Assembly: GCA_050950825.1 (NCBI GenBank)
Contig: JBMNIH010000002.1
Coordinates: forward strand, 1 to 64,000
Direction: 5' to 3'
Length of the DNA stretch: 64,000 bases
From: Clostridia bacterium
GTDB lineage: Bacteria; Bacillota; Clostridia; JAAYHZ01
The notes below the pieces were generated by a model. It was not told the origin of the DNA and made no database searches. It was given only the letters and a program-made list of their open reading frames with translations. A program made the position numbers and the translations under genes. Shown piece after piece: positions 20,629-31,333 of this stretch; within the stretch, counting starts at the first letter, position 1; each line of letters starts with the position of its first letter.

Positions 20629-23600
20629 CTAAATCAAAACGATTTCATTACCGCATCCGATCCAAATTTCATCATCGCATTTTTCAAAGCATATGGGTTT
20701 CTCCGGCAAGCATCCGAAACCAAGGATTGATCCGTCCTTTGATAAAGTGCAAACTCTTCCGTTTTCGCATATCGCCGTGACGCTTTCACCCGCTTCGTAC
20801 AATTTCTTTACACTGTCTTTTACAAATACATGCCATAAACCGTTACCTTCCGAGTCGAACCCAAGAACCGATCCTTTTGAAGTTCCGGCATAAACAGCCG
20901 TTTGGTCTTTATTGATACAAACCGAATTCACCGTGCCTCCCAAATATTTCTCGGAAACTACGGTGACTTGGTCTTTTTGAATGCGGAAAATCTTAAAATT
21001 CTTCGAATAATTCATGCCCGTTACCAAGATATAGCCGTCATCCCTTTTTCTCAACTCGTGAGATCGAATATTGCACAGCCATCCGCTCACGGCGATATTT
21101 CGTTTCGGATTTCCCTTTATGTCATGAACATAGAAGGTTCCCGAAGAGGATTCGGTTTTCCCTGCCGCCATTACTTCCGTCACACCGTCACCGTCAATAT
21201 CCGTTACTTCCACGGCATCCGGAACAGTGGCATAGGTATAATAGGCATTTAACAGGTGGCCCTTCGCATCATAGGTACGGATTTGATTATCTCCGCATCC
21301 GACAATGAGGACGGTTTCCCCGACTTCCTGCGTATAACGAAGAGAAACGACTTTCGGATAAGGCAATTCCCAGCTCGGGAACAGCGTAGGTATTCTAACG
21401 GTATCCTGCTTCCACAACACTTGGCCGGTCATGCTGACAACGGTTAAATGATTATTGCCGTGGCCTACCGCTAAAAAGTTTTCAGGTCGTACGTACTCGA
21501 TGGCATGGATTTCCCCTTCCATCGGGATCTCCCAAACCGAACTGTCTTTTTTGTATAACATCAATTTTCCTTTTCCCAATGCGCAAGCAAAAGTATCCTT
21601 GTCGATGACCTTTAAGAGATTTACACGATCGGGGAACACAAACCGCTTTTTAAAAGACAAGGAAGCTTCCTCGATGGAATCCCGTTTTCCATTTGATGAA
21701 TCGAGCTTTTTCGATACCGTATAGGTTAAAGGACATGTGAAGGTACGGTCTTTTTGAGTAAGCACCAGGGTTTGTCCTACGATTTCCATTCGGATATCTT
21801 CCTCCCCTTCCGCCGCAGGATGAACCAAATGAGTAAAGGACAGCATATCATTTTTGCAAAGCGGCAGAGATGCCAAGGAGGTTATGGCGGAAACGACGAC
21901 TTCATCCGTATTGTACCTTAGCTTCCACATGGCGTTACGGGCGGAACCCCGATTCTTATGATCTTTTTCCTTCTTGTCGTACATCCCTCCGTACGAGAAC
22001 AAACGCTCTCCATAAGGAATTTCTTCGATGTTTATGCTGACATCCGTTGAGCCTTTGCATGTTAACCTTAACTCGTACGTTTTTCCTTCCGGATTTGTTC
22101 TTTTGGATTTAACCGTATTACCGTCAAGGTAAGCTTTTGCGGGAGTACGGAAATGAGCTCCGATTACATACCTGCCGTCTTCTTCGATTAGAACGGTATC
22201 ATGAAAAACGACACAAAATCCTTTTACTAAAAAGATTTCTCGGATCCATCGAGTTTGGTTGTACCGGTCTGTGCGCATTCGGATGTAGTATTGGTCTTTA
22301 CCTATGATTTTCTGTTCTTCGATCAAGGCGTATCCCGGAAGGTCGGAAGCATAACCGTCCCTAGCAATCGTTAAAATCGAGCAGTTTTCCGGTTCCGGCC
22401 ACCGATAATCGTTTTCTTCCACCAACCAAACAATACCCTTGCTTGTGTAATCCAGAATTCCCATACAATCGCTGTAGGCGTGAATGCCGGCACTGCCTAA
22501 TCCGTCTATCAGCAGATAATCATCTTTGATTTCATCCCATCCTGTCCTTACGGACAATTTATCAAAGCATTGGGTTTTCGGTCCGTATGGAGGAGAACCG
22601 GTCAATCGCATTCCCTCATGCGGATTCTCGGACCAAATGTCGTAAATATAGCTGTCGATAGGGATTCGTTTCATTCCGCTTTCGGAAGGGACTTTCGGTT
22701 CGACACCGGAGTCAAACAATCGCGTTTTCCCGATGCCCAAAGTGGTTTTTGGTCCCTTAAAACAATCGAGTATATAGCGAAGCTCGCCGTCTTCAAAATA
22801 ATGGGACAAAAAGGAAGTTAGGAAAACGGGAAAAGATACGGAACCGTCCCCGTAAGAAGGCACAAACATGTTTTGCCCGATGATCACTTTAAGCCAATCG
22901 ATAACCTTTCTTGCGTTCTTCTTTATGAAGATCGGATCGTCTTGAAAAATGGAATAGGAAAAAACCAACGGAAGAGATACCTGATTGGAATAGGTCGAAT
23001 CGTCACAATAGGGTTTCCATCCGTTCCGGTTAAAGGAATAAAAGACGTCATCGGCGATTTTTTTCCATTTTGCCGGCTCTTCCATTTCCGGATACCGTTT
23101 TCCGAAATAATCGGCAAGATAACTCAGGGAAAGACCGCAAAACATGGTGTGGTTGTGAGACGGAAGATTCTTGTTTTTACTGTGGGCTACGGCATATCCT
23201 ATTCCTTCGGAGCTTTCGGCCCAACGGAATAAGCACTCTTCGATGTCTTGTCGTATATCGTCCGGAATCATTCCGGAAAATTCCAATAAACGCCAAGGCT
23301 CGATATGCTGGGTCATATATAAATGTGTATTAATAATTAATCGATCGTTTTTCTTGGAAATCTCCCTCATCTTACGCCACCCTTCGAGATAGGTGCCGAA
23401 AGAATCCATGTTACCGGTAATGTAGCAGGCGGTACCTAATTGCCACCAGTTGGTCGCTCCGCTTGAAGGGATCAAATCGATTTTCTCAGGCAACGTGGCT
23501 TGCATGATACCGGAAATATATTCTTCGTCGAAAGCCAACCGAGTATAGTAGACTTCATTGATATACGGTAAGGGATTTTGAATTTTATCGAGAAAGGCTT

Positions 23601-24030
23601 TCACACCGTTTTTGAGACCGTCATCGTCGGAATAACCGATGTGGATGATATTATGCCCCGTTGCAAAGGGGTCGACAAGGGTTCGAATATTATAGCCTTC
23701 TTTGCCGGGATAGCTTTTATCGGTTAAACATAAAAACTTGTAGTACAAGTATTTCACACAACGGCTGTTGGCAAGATTTCCCATTGCAATCACCGGCATT
23801 TTGTTTCTAAATAGTATTTCATGCTCCGGATTGTGCAAAACTTGAACTTGACAACCCAAGCTTTCCAATCTTTCTTGTATGGATTGTGCCGCCATCAAGC
23901 ATTCCTCCCCTTCGGCCGCTGCGATAATCACGCCTTTTCCGGGCGGCAGGGGTGTTTGTCTAAATATGGGTTTTCCGAACGTTACTTTCTTTTCGGTTCG
24001 GTCCAAGGGCTTTTCGGTACTTATCTCCAT
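20629..24030 (-). CDS. Large hypothetical protein: heparinase/lyase-like core plus C-terminal PQQ/FG-GAP beta-propeller
   Basis: HNH, PSYGDG, RTGW, H.YSD pattern; DIDGDGVTEV repeat in the propeller region. Confidence 0.6.
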   Translation of the reverse strand: MEISTEKPLDRTEKKVTFGKPIFRQTPLPPGKGVIIAAAEGEECLMAAQSIQERLESLGCQVQVLHNPEHEILFRNKMPVIAMGNLANSRCVKYLYYKFLCLTDKSYPGKEGYNIRTLVDPFATGHNIIHIGYSDDDGLKNGVKAFLDKIQNPLPYINEVYYTRLAFDEEYISGIMQATLPEKIDLIPSSGATNWWQLGTACYITGNMDSFGTYLEGWRKMREISKKNDRLIINTHLYMTQHIEPWRLLEFSGMIPDDIRQDIEECLFRWAESSEGIGYAVAHSKNKNLPSHNHTMFCGLSLSYLADYFGKRYPEMEEPAKWKKIADDVFYSFNRNGWKPYCDDSTYSNQVSLPLVFSYSIFQDDPIFIKKNARKVIDWLKVIIGQNMFVPSYGDGSVSFPVFLTSFLSHYFEDGELRYILDCFKGPKTTLGIGKTRLFDSGVEPKVPSESGMKRIPIDSYIYDIWSENPHEGMRLTGSPPYGPKTQCFDKLSVRTGWDEIKDDYLLIDGLGSAGIHAYSDCMGILDYTSKGIVWLVEENDYRWPEPENCSILTIARDGYASDLPGYALIEEQKIIGKDQYYIRMRTDRYNQTRWIREIFLVKGFCVVFHDTVLIEEDGRYVIGAHFRTPAKAYLDGNTVKSKRTNPEGKTYELRLTCKGSTDVSINIEEIPYGERLFSYGGMYDKKEKDHKNRGSARNAMWKLRYNTDEVVVSAITSLASLPLCKNDMLSFTHLVHPAAEGEEDIRMEIVGQTLVLTQKDRTFTCPLTYTVSKKLDSSNGKRDSIEEASLSFKKRFVFPDRVNLLKVIDKDTFACALGKGKLMLYKKDSSVWEIPMEGEIHAIEYVRPENFLAVGHGNNHLTVVSMTGQVLWKQDTVRIPTLFPSWELPYPKVVSLRYTQEVGETVLIVGCGDNQIRTYDAKGHLLNAYYTYATVPDAVEVTDIDGDGVTEVMAAGKTESSSGTFYVHDIKGNPKRNIAVSGWLCNIRSHELRKRDDGYILVTGMNYSKNFKIFRIQKDQVTVVSEKYLGGTVNSVCINKDQTAVYAGTSKGSVLGFDSEGNGLWHVFVKDSVKKLYEAGESVTAICENGRVCTLSKDGSILGFGCLPEKPICFEKCDDEIWIGCGNEIVLI

Positions 24031-24282
24031 ATCGAATCCTCCCAAAATCTTTTTTTAGATTCTAACACTAATTTCCTTAAGATGCAAAAGCCTTTGATTC
24101 ATTACCGAATATATTCTTATGCAATACATTCTTTTTGCAATCCGGATAAATCAAGATAATATCTATCGTCCATTACTCTTTTTCTCTTTCCGATCTGTCG
24201 AATAACATGACGGTCTTTTTCGGTAATAAATCCGTTGATTTTAGGGAATTATGCAATTAACAAGGGATATGAGGGATATTTT

Positions 24283-25536
24283 ATGGAGAAAATTCAAAAA
24301 TTCCTAATGAACGGCGGATTTCATGATTCGGCAGCTTACGGCGTTGCCGTTTTTCTAACCTTTTTATTGATTGCATTGTTAAGTTCCGTTGCGTATATAA
24401 TGGCAAATCAATTCATAACAAAGTTATTAACGCAATATATGTCCCATACAAAATCTCGTTGGAATCATGCTTTGTTGAATCGTCGCTTTTTTCATAAAGC
24501 CAACAGACTGATACCGGGTATCGTTTTTTATATTTTCGCAGAATCCTTTAATAAATTTGAAGCATTGGTACAGCGGGGAGCCGTTACATACATTCTTATA
24601 ATGTCCGTTTTTGCTATCAATTCCTTTATCGATTCCATTGATGATTATTACCGAACCCTCCCTATATCAAAGAACCGCCCTATAAAAGGCTTTTTGCAAG
24701 TCATTAAAATCATTACATTTATTGTATTGGGTATCATCATCATCGCTACCATATTGGACCGGAGCCCCGTTCTTTTGCTGAGCGGCATCGGCGTCATGTC
24801 GGCTGTTCTTACGCTGGTATTCCGAGATTCCATTTTGGGATTTGTGGCGGGTGTTCAACTGTCTGCTAACGATATGCTTCGGATCGGAGATTGGATTGAG
24901 ATGCCGAAATACGGTGCAGACGGATATGTGATCGATATCACTTTAAATACCGTTAAGGTTCAAAATTGGGATCAAACCGTCACCACAATACCGGCCTACT
25001 CTTTGGTATCCGACTCCTTTAAAAATTGGCGAAGTATGTTTCAAACGGGCGGCAGGCGCATCAAACGAGCCATATACATTGATGTTAACAGCATCAAGTT
25101 TTGCGACAAGGAGATGCTGGAGAAGTATAAGAAAATAAAGTATATCCGTGAATACATTCAAAAAAAAGAAGAAGAAATATCACGTTACAACAAAGAGCGA
25201 AATATTACCGACGACGACCTGATCAACGGACGACACTTGACTAATATCGGCACTTTTCGTGCTTATGTGACAAGTTATCTGGAAAATAATCCATATATAC
25301 ACCGATCCATGGCCATCGTCGTTCGTCATCTTGCTCCGGGAGAAAACGGATTGCCGTTGGAGATTTACGCTTTTACGAACGACACCGCCTGGGTCAACTA
25401 TGAACGAATACAGGCGGATATATTCGATCATATCTTTGCCGTTGTCCATGAATTTGACTTAAAGATTTTCCAAAGTCCTACAGGGTCGGATTTCAGGCAA
25501 TTACACCATCGGCCGGATGATAAACTAATGCGATGA
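24283..25536 (+). CDS. mscS: MscS-family mechanosensitive channel (YbdG/MscM-like)
   Basis: The plus strand at 24283 reads ATGGAGAAAATTCAAAAA (MEKIQK), so the track's minus label is wrong. Motifs DSILGFVAG, GDWIEMPKYGADG, KVQNWD, GGRRIKR. Confidence 0.92.
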   Translation: MEKIQKFLMNGGFHDSAAYGVAVFLTFLLIALLSSVAYIMANQFITKLLTQYMSHTKSRWNHALLNRRFFHKANRLIPGIVFYIFAESFNKFEALVQRGAVTYILIMSVFAINSFIDSIDDYYRTLPISKNRPIKGFLQVIKIITFIVLGIIIIATILDRSPVLLLSGIGVMSAVLTLVFRDSILGFVAGVQLSANDMLRIGDWIEMPKYGADGYVIDITLNTVKVQNWDQTVTTIPAYSLVSDSFKNWRSMFQTGGRRIKRAIYIDVNSIKFCDKEMLEKYKKIKYIREYIQKKEEEISRYNKERNITDDDLINGRHLTNIGTFRAYVTSYLENNPYIHRSMAIVVRHLAPGENGLPLEIYAFTNDTAWVNYERIQADIFDHIFAVVHEFDLKIFQSPTGSDFRQLHHRPDDKLMR

Positions 25537-25566
25537 ATCGTTAACATTATAAAAATAAAAGGTTAA

Positions 25567-25605
25567 AAAGACTGCACGAAAGGTTCATTCTTCGGTGCAG
25601 TCTTT
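25567..25605. terminator. Bidirectional terminator between convergent mscS and dehydrogenase genes
   Basis: AAAGACTGCAC...GTGCAGTCTTT. Confidence 0.7.
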
Positions 25606-25636
25606 CTTATATTTTTATTCTTCTTTATAATATTCT

Positions 25637-26800
25637 TTAATATGCCAACTCATAGATTTTAACCAAGTCTTCGTCCTCCAATTTTAAAATATTCCCCAGC
25701 TTCCCTCGTGAGTTCGCTTTTTTAGCCATTTCGGGGAATAAGGAAGGATCAACGTTTAATTCTCTTAAACGTGTTTTCAAACCTAAGGACTTATAGAAAT
25801 CTTCCAATCGCTCAATTCCCCTCAGGACGGTATTTTCCGGCCGGAAGAAGTCGTATTCCACGTCAAATACCCTGTTGAAAAACTTAGCGAACATAGCCGT
25901 ATCATGCTTGTACACATACTTCATCCAAGCAGGGAACATAATGGCCAATGTTTCGCCGTGGGTAGCACCGTAAAATGCGCTGATTTCATGCCCCATTCTA
26001 TGAGCAACCCATTCTTCCGTTCTGCCAAGTCCTAAATAACCGTTATGGGCCAAGGACCCCGAAAACATGATTTCCGCTCGGGCTTCATAATTATTCGGTT
26101 CATTCAATACCGTATGGGCATTGGAAATCACGGTTTTTAAAACGCCTTCGCATAACCTGTCGGTCAGTTCTACATTCCTTTCGGTGGAAAAATACCGTTC
26201 CATAACATGAGCCATAATATCCACGACACCACATGCGGTTTGGTAAGCCGGCAGCGTATAAGTGAGCTCCGGATTCATGATTGCAAAAACCGGTCTGTTA
26301 CAGTCAAAGGCGGCTCCTCGTTTTGTTAATGTTTCTTCATTTGTGATAACCGTATTTTTACTGGTTTCGCTTCCCGCAGCGGCAATCGTCAAAATGACAC
26401 CTAAGGGAACGGTTTTTTCCGGTGCTTTTCCTTCGAAAAAGTCCCAAACGTCACCGGTGTACGGGACTCCCATACCGATAGCCTTCGCACTGTCGATGAC
26501 GCTTCCTCCTCCTACCGCCAGTATGAAATCTACGTTTTCTTGTCTGCAAAGATCAATTCCCTTTCGTACCGTTGACAGAACGGGATTCGGTTGTACGCCG
26601 CCTAATTCCACCGACTGTATACCCGCTTCATTTAACGATTCGACAACTTGATCATATAGACCGGTTTTTTTTATGTGTTGCATACCGTAGTGAATCAGGA
26701 CCTTCTTGTATCCGTAAGAACGTATAACGGATCCGACTTGTTTATGTGTTTCCTTGCCGAATATGATTTTCGTAGGACTTAGAAATTCAAAATTACGCAT
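25637..26800 (-). CDS. Iron-containing NADH-dependent alcohol (butanol) dehydrogenase
   Basis: PTKIIFG, AVGGGSVIDSAK, AAAGSE, DIMAHVMERYF, H.MGHE.SA, HG.TLA. Confidence 0.92.
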   Translation of the reverse strand: MRNFEFLSPTKIIFGKETHKQVGSVIRSYGYKKVLIHYGMQHIKKTGLYDQVVESLNEAGIQSVELGGVQPNPVLSTVRKGIDLCRQENVDFILAVGGGSVIDSAKAIGMGVPYTGDVWDFFEGKAPEKTVPLGVILTIAAAGSETSKNTVITNEETLTKRGAAFDCNRPVFAIMNPELTYTLPAYQTACGVVDIMAHVMERYFSTERNVELTDRLCEGVLKTVISNAHTVLNEPNNYEARAEIMFSGSLAHNGYLGLGRTEEWVAHRMGHEISAFYGATHGETLAIMFPAWMKYVYKHDTAMFAKFFNRVFDVEYDFFRPENTVLRGIERLEDFYKSLGLKTRLRELNVDPSLFPEMAKKANSRGKLGNILKLEDEDLVKIYELAY

Positions 26801-26982
26801 TGTATCTACCACCTTTCATCGTAAATTGGCCTATTGTTTTCGAATCGCTTCTAATAAATAGTATACCGGGAATTGTAAAAGGAATCCGGCCGTCTATCTT
26901 TTCTTGTCCGTTCATTATCCTATTCTCTCTTGCGTATAATTTTTTTCTTCTTGTTCATAATTAATGAAAAAAGGGTGTTTGT

Positions 26983-27081
26983 ATGAACGACGATCTTCGC
27001 TTTTTTATAGGATTAATAAACGGTATTCTCCTTAGTATCCCCCTATGGATTTTTATTCTCATTCTTATTTTCATCTTTTAA
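26983..27081 (+). CDS. Putative 32-aa single-pass membrane peptide (below the track cutoff)
   Basis: AAAGGGTG RBS, then MNDDLRFFIGLINGILLSIPLWIFILILIFIF*. Confidence 0.55.
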   Translation: MNDDLRFFIGLINGILLSIPLWIFILILIFIF

Positions 27082-27094
27082 AATACCATGGGTA

Positions 27095-27439
27095 TTACTT
27101 ATATTCTTCGGGAAATCTTTCTTTCATTGCGGCCAATGCTTTTTTCATTATTTCTTCGTCCGCGTATTCAGAAACCGTTTTCCATGTTTGCATGATTCGA
27201 TCCATATCATCGTTATATCCTACCGCCGGAGCAAAGTCAGGAATTACATCATACGGACAGATGAAATAGCCTAATGCTTCTTTAATTTCTTCTTTTATGC
27301 TTTTCGGTACAAGCTCACGCTTGAGTATATAGAAAAGGATAAAAGCTTTATGGCACAGTTCGGTTCCTGCATTTCTTCCTTCTTGCCGAATCTTTTCCCA
27401 AAACGCTTCTTCCGAATAATAGCTTGCATATTTATCCAT
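27095..27439 (-). CDS. YkvA/DUF1232 family protein
   Basis: YSEEAFWEK and ALGYFICPYDVIPDFAPAVGYNDD; GGAGG RBS before the ATG at 27439. Confidence 0.85.
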   Translation of the reverse strand: MDKYASYYSEEAFWEKIRQEGRNAGTELCHKAFILFYILKRELVPKSIKEEIKEALGYFICPYDVIPDFAPAVGYNDDMDRIMQTWKTVSEYADEEIMKKALAAMKERFPEEYK

Positions 27440-27515
27440 ATACTTCCTCCTGTTCATCTCATCATTTTTTTCAGGTTTTCTCTTTTTCCTGCAGAAAATA
27501 AAGAATCGGATCGTT

Positions 27516-30500
27516 TTAAACACTTTTAATCCTGTTTCTTATATAAAATCGATCGGAAGGGATGACATCCGCCAGCACTTTCAGTCCTTCGAATTCTACG
27601 GATGCTTTACCCTGCTGCACCAATGCTTTTTCCGATCCCTTCCAGCCTTCTTCGCCTCGAATCAACGTTATATCCGTGTGAAAGACCATTTTTTCGCCGT
27701 CGATCTTCACGTCTCTCAGATAATACGGCGAAGGTTTTTTATACCGATCGCTCGTTATGAATCCTACCCGGTTAGCAATATCGGAATCCTTTGGAGCTTC
27801 TCCATTAAAAGAAACGGTGATTTTTCTTTCCTTTAAAGAGACATCTTCTACGGTTCCCTCCCATACGGGGCTTATTGCAGTCAATTCCAAATCGCCGCTT
27901 TGTATTAAAGTATAACCGATGGCTTCGTAATATACAATTTTATCTCCTTCATATCGAATCAGCAAGGCAACGGCATCGCTTGTATGGAGGATTCCCGACG
28001 AATCTTTAAAGCATGCAGGATATCCTTCCGGACTGCAAAGAATGATATCTCGATGAATATCATCGGTATATACAATTTCGATACCGGTAGGGGCAAAGCC
28101 TGCAGCGATACAAGGACTATTTTGAATTCTTTCCATCGAAAGAATGCTACGTATGAAAGGCTGTCCCTGATACGGTTCCATGATTGTCGTAAACATCGCT
28201 TTACGAGACGGGTCGTTTTCATTTTCATCTCGTATTAAGACATAGCTGTCCCAAGGAGACTTTTTCATTTCATAACCGCCTTTTTCACCAAGACAGTAAT
28301 AAAGCTCCCGCTTATTTCCGTTGTCCAAGGACGTTATTTTCAATGAGCAATTTTCATACGGATATTCCCAAGTAATTGTGCCCTTGATATTTGTTTTTCG
28401 AATCGCTTGCATCCAGCCGTAGCCCGGCTGACCGTATAATGGAACATCTTCGCCTGCTAAAGTTCCTTTAAGCAGAGTCCAATCATGCTTTCCGTGGAAC
28501 AGGACTTGATCTATGCCTACATCCAGTCCGTGAGTATTGTAATCGAAGGTTTTTCCTCCCGAAACCATGAAACGGTCAAGAACATATGCATTTTCTCCGT
28601 CCGGTGCCGTTGCAAGCATACTCCATCTTTCATAATGACTGCCGGGATAGGCTTCTTTGTTTTCCATTCCCGCTAATTGAAAGGCTTGGCCTTCATAATG
28701 CTCTAGCTGTATGGATGACGAAGACGATTGGTTTTTACCGTCGATGAGCACCACGTTGCATGATGCGGAGTGGGTTTCCCAACCGCTGATTTTCGGACCG
28801 ATCCAGATAAACGGATAATGTCCGCCGAAGGCTAACAAATGGGTACCGTATGCTCCTAACCATAAGCCCAATTTATCTCCGTGTTGATGCGGTAAAGTCG
28901 GCTGTCCGTATAGCATCAAATGTTTGCAGTTTGAAGGAGCGGTACCGGAACGCAATATGCTGATTTCCGAATCTTCCGCCAAATAGGATGACTGAATTTG
29001 TATATTATTTGTACGATACGGCTCCAATTCTTCTTTTGACAAACCGTGGGCTAACAATGGAAAAATGGAAAGAATCCAACTTCCTCTACCGATTTGAGCG
29101 CGATGTTTGTTTAATTCCTCTTCCGTATATACCGCTAAAGCGGGACCGATCAGTTTTCTCATGGACGGCATGCGACGATACAGCATTTCCGATTCCGAAA
29201 CGTAAGGTATCAGACCTCTTTTTCTTTCATCCGAAAGAGGTGACAAATTGTCTGCCGGTGTATCTCCTACGGCAGCAGACAGAGCACCGCATTTATAGCG
29301 GTAATAAAACATGATGCCTTCGGATAGACTGAATCGCTTATCTTCAAATAGATTCAACGGTTCTTTAAAATACTCATCGTCTTGGAACAGATAGATCCAA
29401 TCCGCATAGCCCATCATGGCAATAGACATGCCTTCCACGTAGCTTGAAGAGTCATATGCATATTTACCGTCCCGATAATAACTGTTTATCAGCTTCGAGA
29501 AAAAGCTGAATTTCGAGTCGAATAAAATACGGTGCAGCAATTCTCCGTTTTGTATCAATCCGGCAACGATTAACTCCAGCTCCAATAGGCGCATGGACCA
29601 ATCGCTTGCCGAGCTCCTCTCCAATTCGCAGGAATAAATGACGTAAGGAATCATTTCTTTTTCTACGGTTTGTTTTAAGTCAAAAGGCGTTTCTCTTTTC
29701 TTGCTTAAAGGATCCGGTTTTCCATTGAAAAACTCTTGCAGTTTATCATGAAATTGATCAATACCGTCAAAGATAAGATCGTAGGCTTCAAAAAAGCTTT
29801 TTTTCCATTCGGTTCCTGTCGTTGAGGGTTCCAAAATGTGCACGGTATCCGAGTAACTTCCGTCATGATATCCGCCATTCATATAGGGATACAACTCGGC
29901 TATACGGCCGATAAGAATCGCCGCTTTATACGCATAGCGTATATCGTCCGATAAAACATAGGCGTAAGCCAAGTGAGGAATGGCTCCCGCATAGCGTAGA
30001 CCGCTTGTGTTCGGAACAACATTCGTATCGGTTATAACGGGACAATACGGCTTGGACATTAACATTCCGAGTATAAAGGATCGATAAGCTGCCACGAGCA
30101 TACAACGAGTATTGGGATTTGCAAAACCTTCCGGAAGCAAAAAACCTTCTCCGTTGTCCTCTACAATAATCTCTTCTTTAGTCAAAGGATTCACGACCTT
30201 TTTGCCGGGATACCACCATTCTTTCGTTTTTTGGTTGTACCATCGGTACGGAGTTTCCAAACAAGTTGTCAATGTACCTCTGTTACCACCGGTTAAAGGA
30301 TCACCGAAAAATTGGCTAGGCGTTAAGGCTCTCGGATTTCCGACGGGTACCAAATCAAACAATTCGTCATCGCTCTTCGACGCCCAGTAGTCTGCAACTT
30401 CGAAAATATGATCCTTTGTTGCTTTTCCCCACAAAGTATGCTCGGCATTGTACCTTGCCGATTCCACATCGCTCTTTTTGATTCTTAAGCTGAATCCGCT

Positions 30501-31169
30501 TTTCTTCGGCCGGTAATATCGATAAAGCTCTTGCGGAATGCTCTGTTTTTCCCATCGGGTATGATATAAATTACGATCTTCCGTAATCTTTTTTACAAGC
30601 TCGTCAACTTCCTTGTCGCTTAAACCATCCGTAAATATCAAATCTCCGCATCCTTGTAACGTATGGATACACAACTCGCTGGGGTATCCCGACCACTTTG
30701 CAAGCTCCCCTCGAGCAGAGCGATACATATTGAAGCCTATGGCTTCCGGTTTTCCTTGCGGATGCAATAACAAAAGAGGGACAGTCACCGTTATATCCAA
30801 GGTGGAATCTCCCTTTTCAATATTGGCAAAGATACCGTCTACCGGTTTTAGATGGACAATATCGTATTCCATCTTTCCTGCATTGCATCTTCCGTCGCTA
30901 TGAATTCGGACTTGCAGCAGATTATGAGGTCTTCTTGCCGATCGGGCGGGGTCGAACACCAAACGAAAATATTCCGGTTGATCGGGATGATAGTCCGCGC
31001 ATTTTATTCGGATAAACAGTAAATCGTCTTTCTTGTATGCCGCAAACTCGGTCTTCAGTTTCGAAGGATTCCGACTTGTATCTTGGGTAAAATTTCCGGT
31101 GTAAACCGGTTCAAAAGAATCACAATTGCCACTGATGCTTTTAACTAAGCAATAAGGATAACTATTCAT
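27516..31169 (-). CDS. Heparinase II/III-like protein with N-terminal CBM9-like domain
   Basis: ILRSG, H.HGDKLGL, THSASCNVVLIDG C-terminal lyase-fold motifs; N-terminal LFIRIKC.D...IGFNMYR. Confidence 0.7.
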   Translation of the reverse strand: MNSYPYCLVKSISGNCDSFEPVYTGNFTQDTSRNPSKLKTEFAAYKKDDLLFIRIKCADYHPDQPEYFRLVFDPARSARRPHNLLQVRIHSDGRCNAGKMEYDIVHLKPVDGIFANIEKGDSTLDITVTVPLLLLHPQGKPEAIGFNMYRSARGELAKWSGYPSELCIHTLQGCGDLIFTDGLSDKEVDELVKKITEDRNLYHTRWEKQSIPQELYRYYRPKKSGFSLRIKKSDVESARYNAEHTLWGKATKDHIFEVADYWASKSDDELFDLVPVGNPRALTPSQFFGDPLTGGNRGTLTTCLETPYRWYNQKTKEWWYPGKKVVNPLTKEEIIVEDNGEGFLLPEGFANPNTRCMLVAAYRSFILGMLMSKPYCPVITDTNVVPNTSGLRYAGAIPHLAYAYVLSDDIRYAYKAAILIGRIAELYPYMNGGYHDGSYSDTVHILEPSTTGTEWKKSFFEAYDLIFDGIDQFHDKLQEFFNGKPDPLSKKRETPFDLKQTVEKEMIPYVIYSCELERSSASDWSMRLLELELIVAGLIQNGELLHRILFDSKFSFFSKLINSYYRDGKYAYDSSSYVEGMSIAMMGYADWIYLFQDDEYFKEPLNLFEDKRFSLSEGIMFYYRYKCGALSAAVGDTPADNLSPLSDERKRGLIPYVSESEMLYRRMPSMRKLIGPALAVYTEEELNKHRAQIGRGSWILSIFPLLAHGLSKEELEPYRTNNIQIQSSYLAEDSEISILRSGTAPSNCKHLMLYGQPTLPHQHGDKLGLWLGAYGTHLLAFGGHYPFIWIGPKISGWETHSASCNVVLIDGKNQSSSSSIQLEHYEGQAFQLAGMENKEAYPGSHYERWSMLATAPDGENAYVLDRFMVSGGKTFDYNTHGLDVGIDQVLFHGKHDWTLLKGTLAGEDVPLYGQPGYGWMQAIRKTNIKGTITWEYPYENCSLKITSLDNGNKRELYYCLGEKGGYEMKKSPWDSYVLIRDENENDPSRKAMFTTIMEPYQGQPFIRSILSMERIQNSPCIAAGFAPTGIEIVYTDDIHRDIILCSPEGYPACFKDSSGILHTSDAVALLIRYEGDKIVYYEAIGYTLIQSGDLELTAISPVWEGTVEDVSLKERKITVSFNGEAPKDSDIANRVGFITSDRYKKPSPYYLRDVKIDGEKMVFHTDITLIRGEEGWKGSEKALVQQGKASVEFEGLKVLADVIPSDRFYIRNRIKSV

Positions 31170-31234
31170 AGAGTAATATTCCTTTGCCTATACAACCAAA
31201 GATTTTTATATGCGACCATTATACCGGATATATG

Positions 31235-31250
31235 TGAGAACCGTCCCCCT
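31235..31250 (+). repeat. REP-like motif copy
   Basis: TGAGAACCGTCCCCCT, intergenic. Confidence 0.75.
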
Positions 31251-31333
31251 TTCTTTTCTAACTTATTGAATTTAAAGGATGATTGATGTAAAATAACATC
31301 ATTTAAATGAAAAAAATCCGCAGGAGGAATCTT

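Noticed and set aside
24235-25536. ORF track assigns the MscS gene to the minus strand
   Set aside because: The listed protein translates directly from the plus strand (TTGATTTTAGGG... at 24235, TGA at 25536), so it is a labelling error and not biology.
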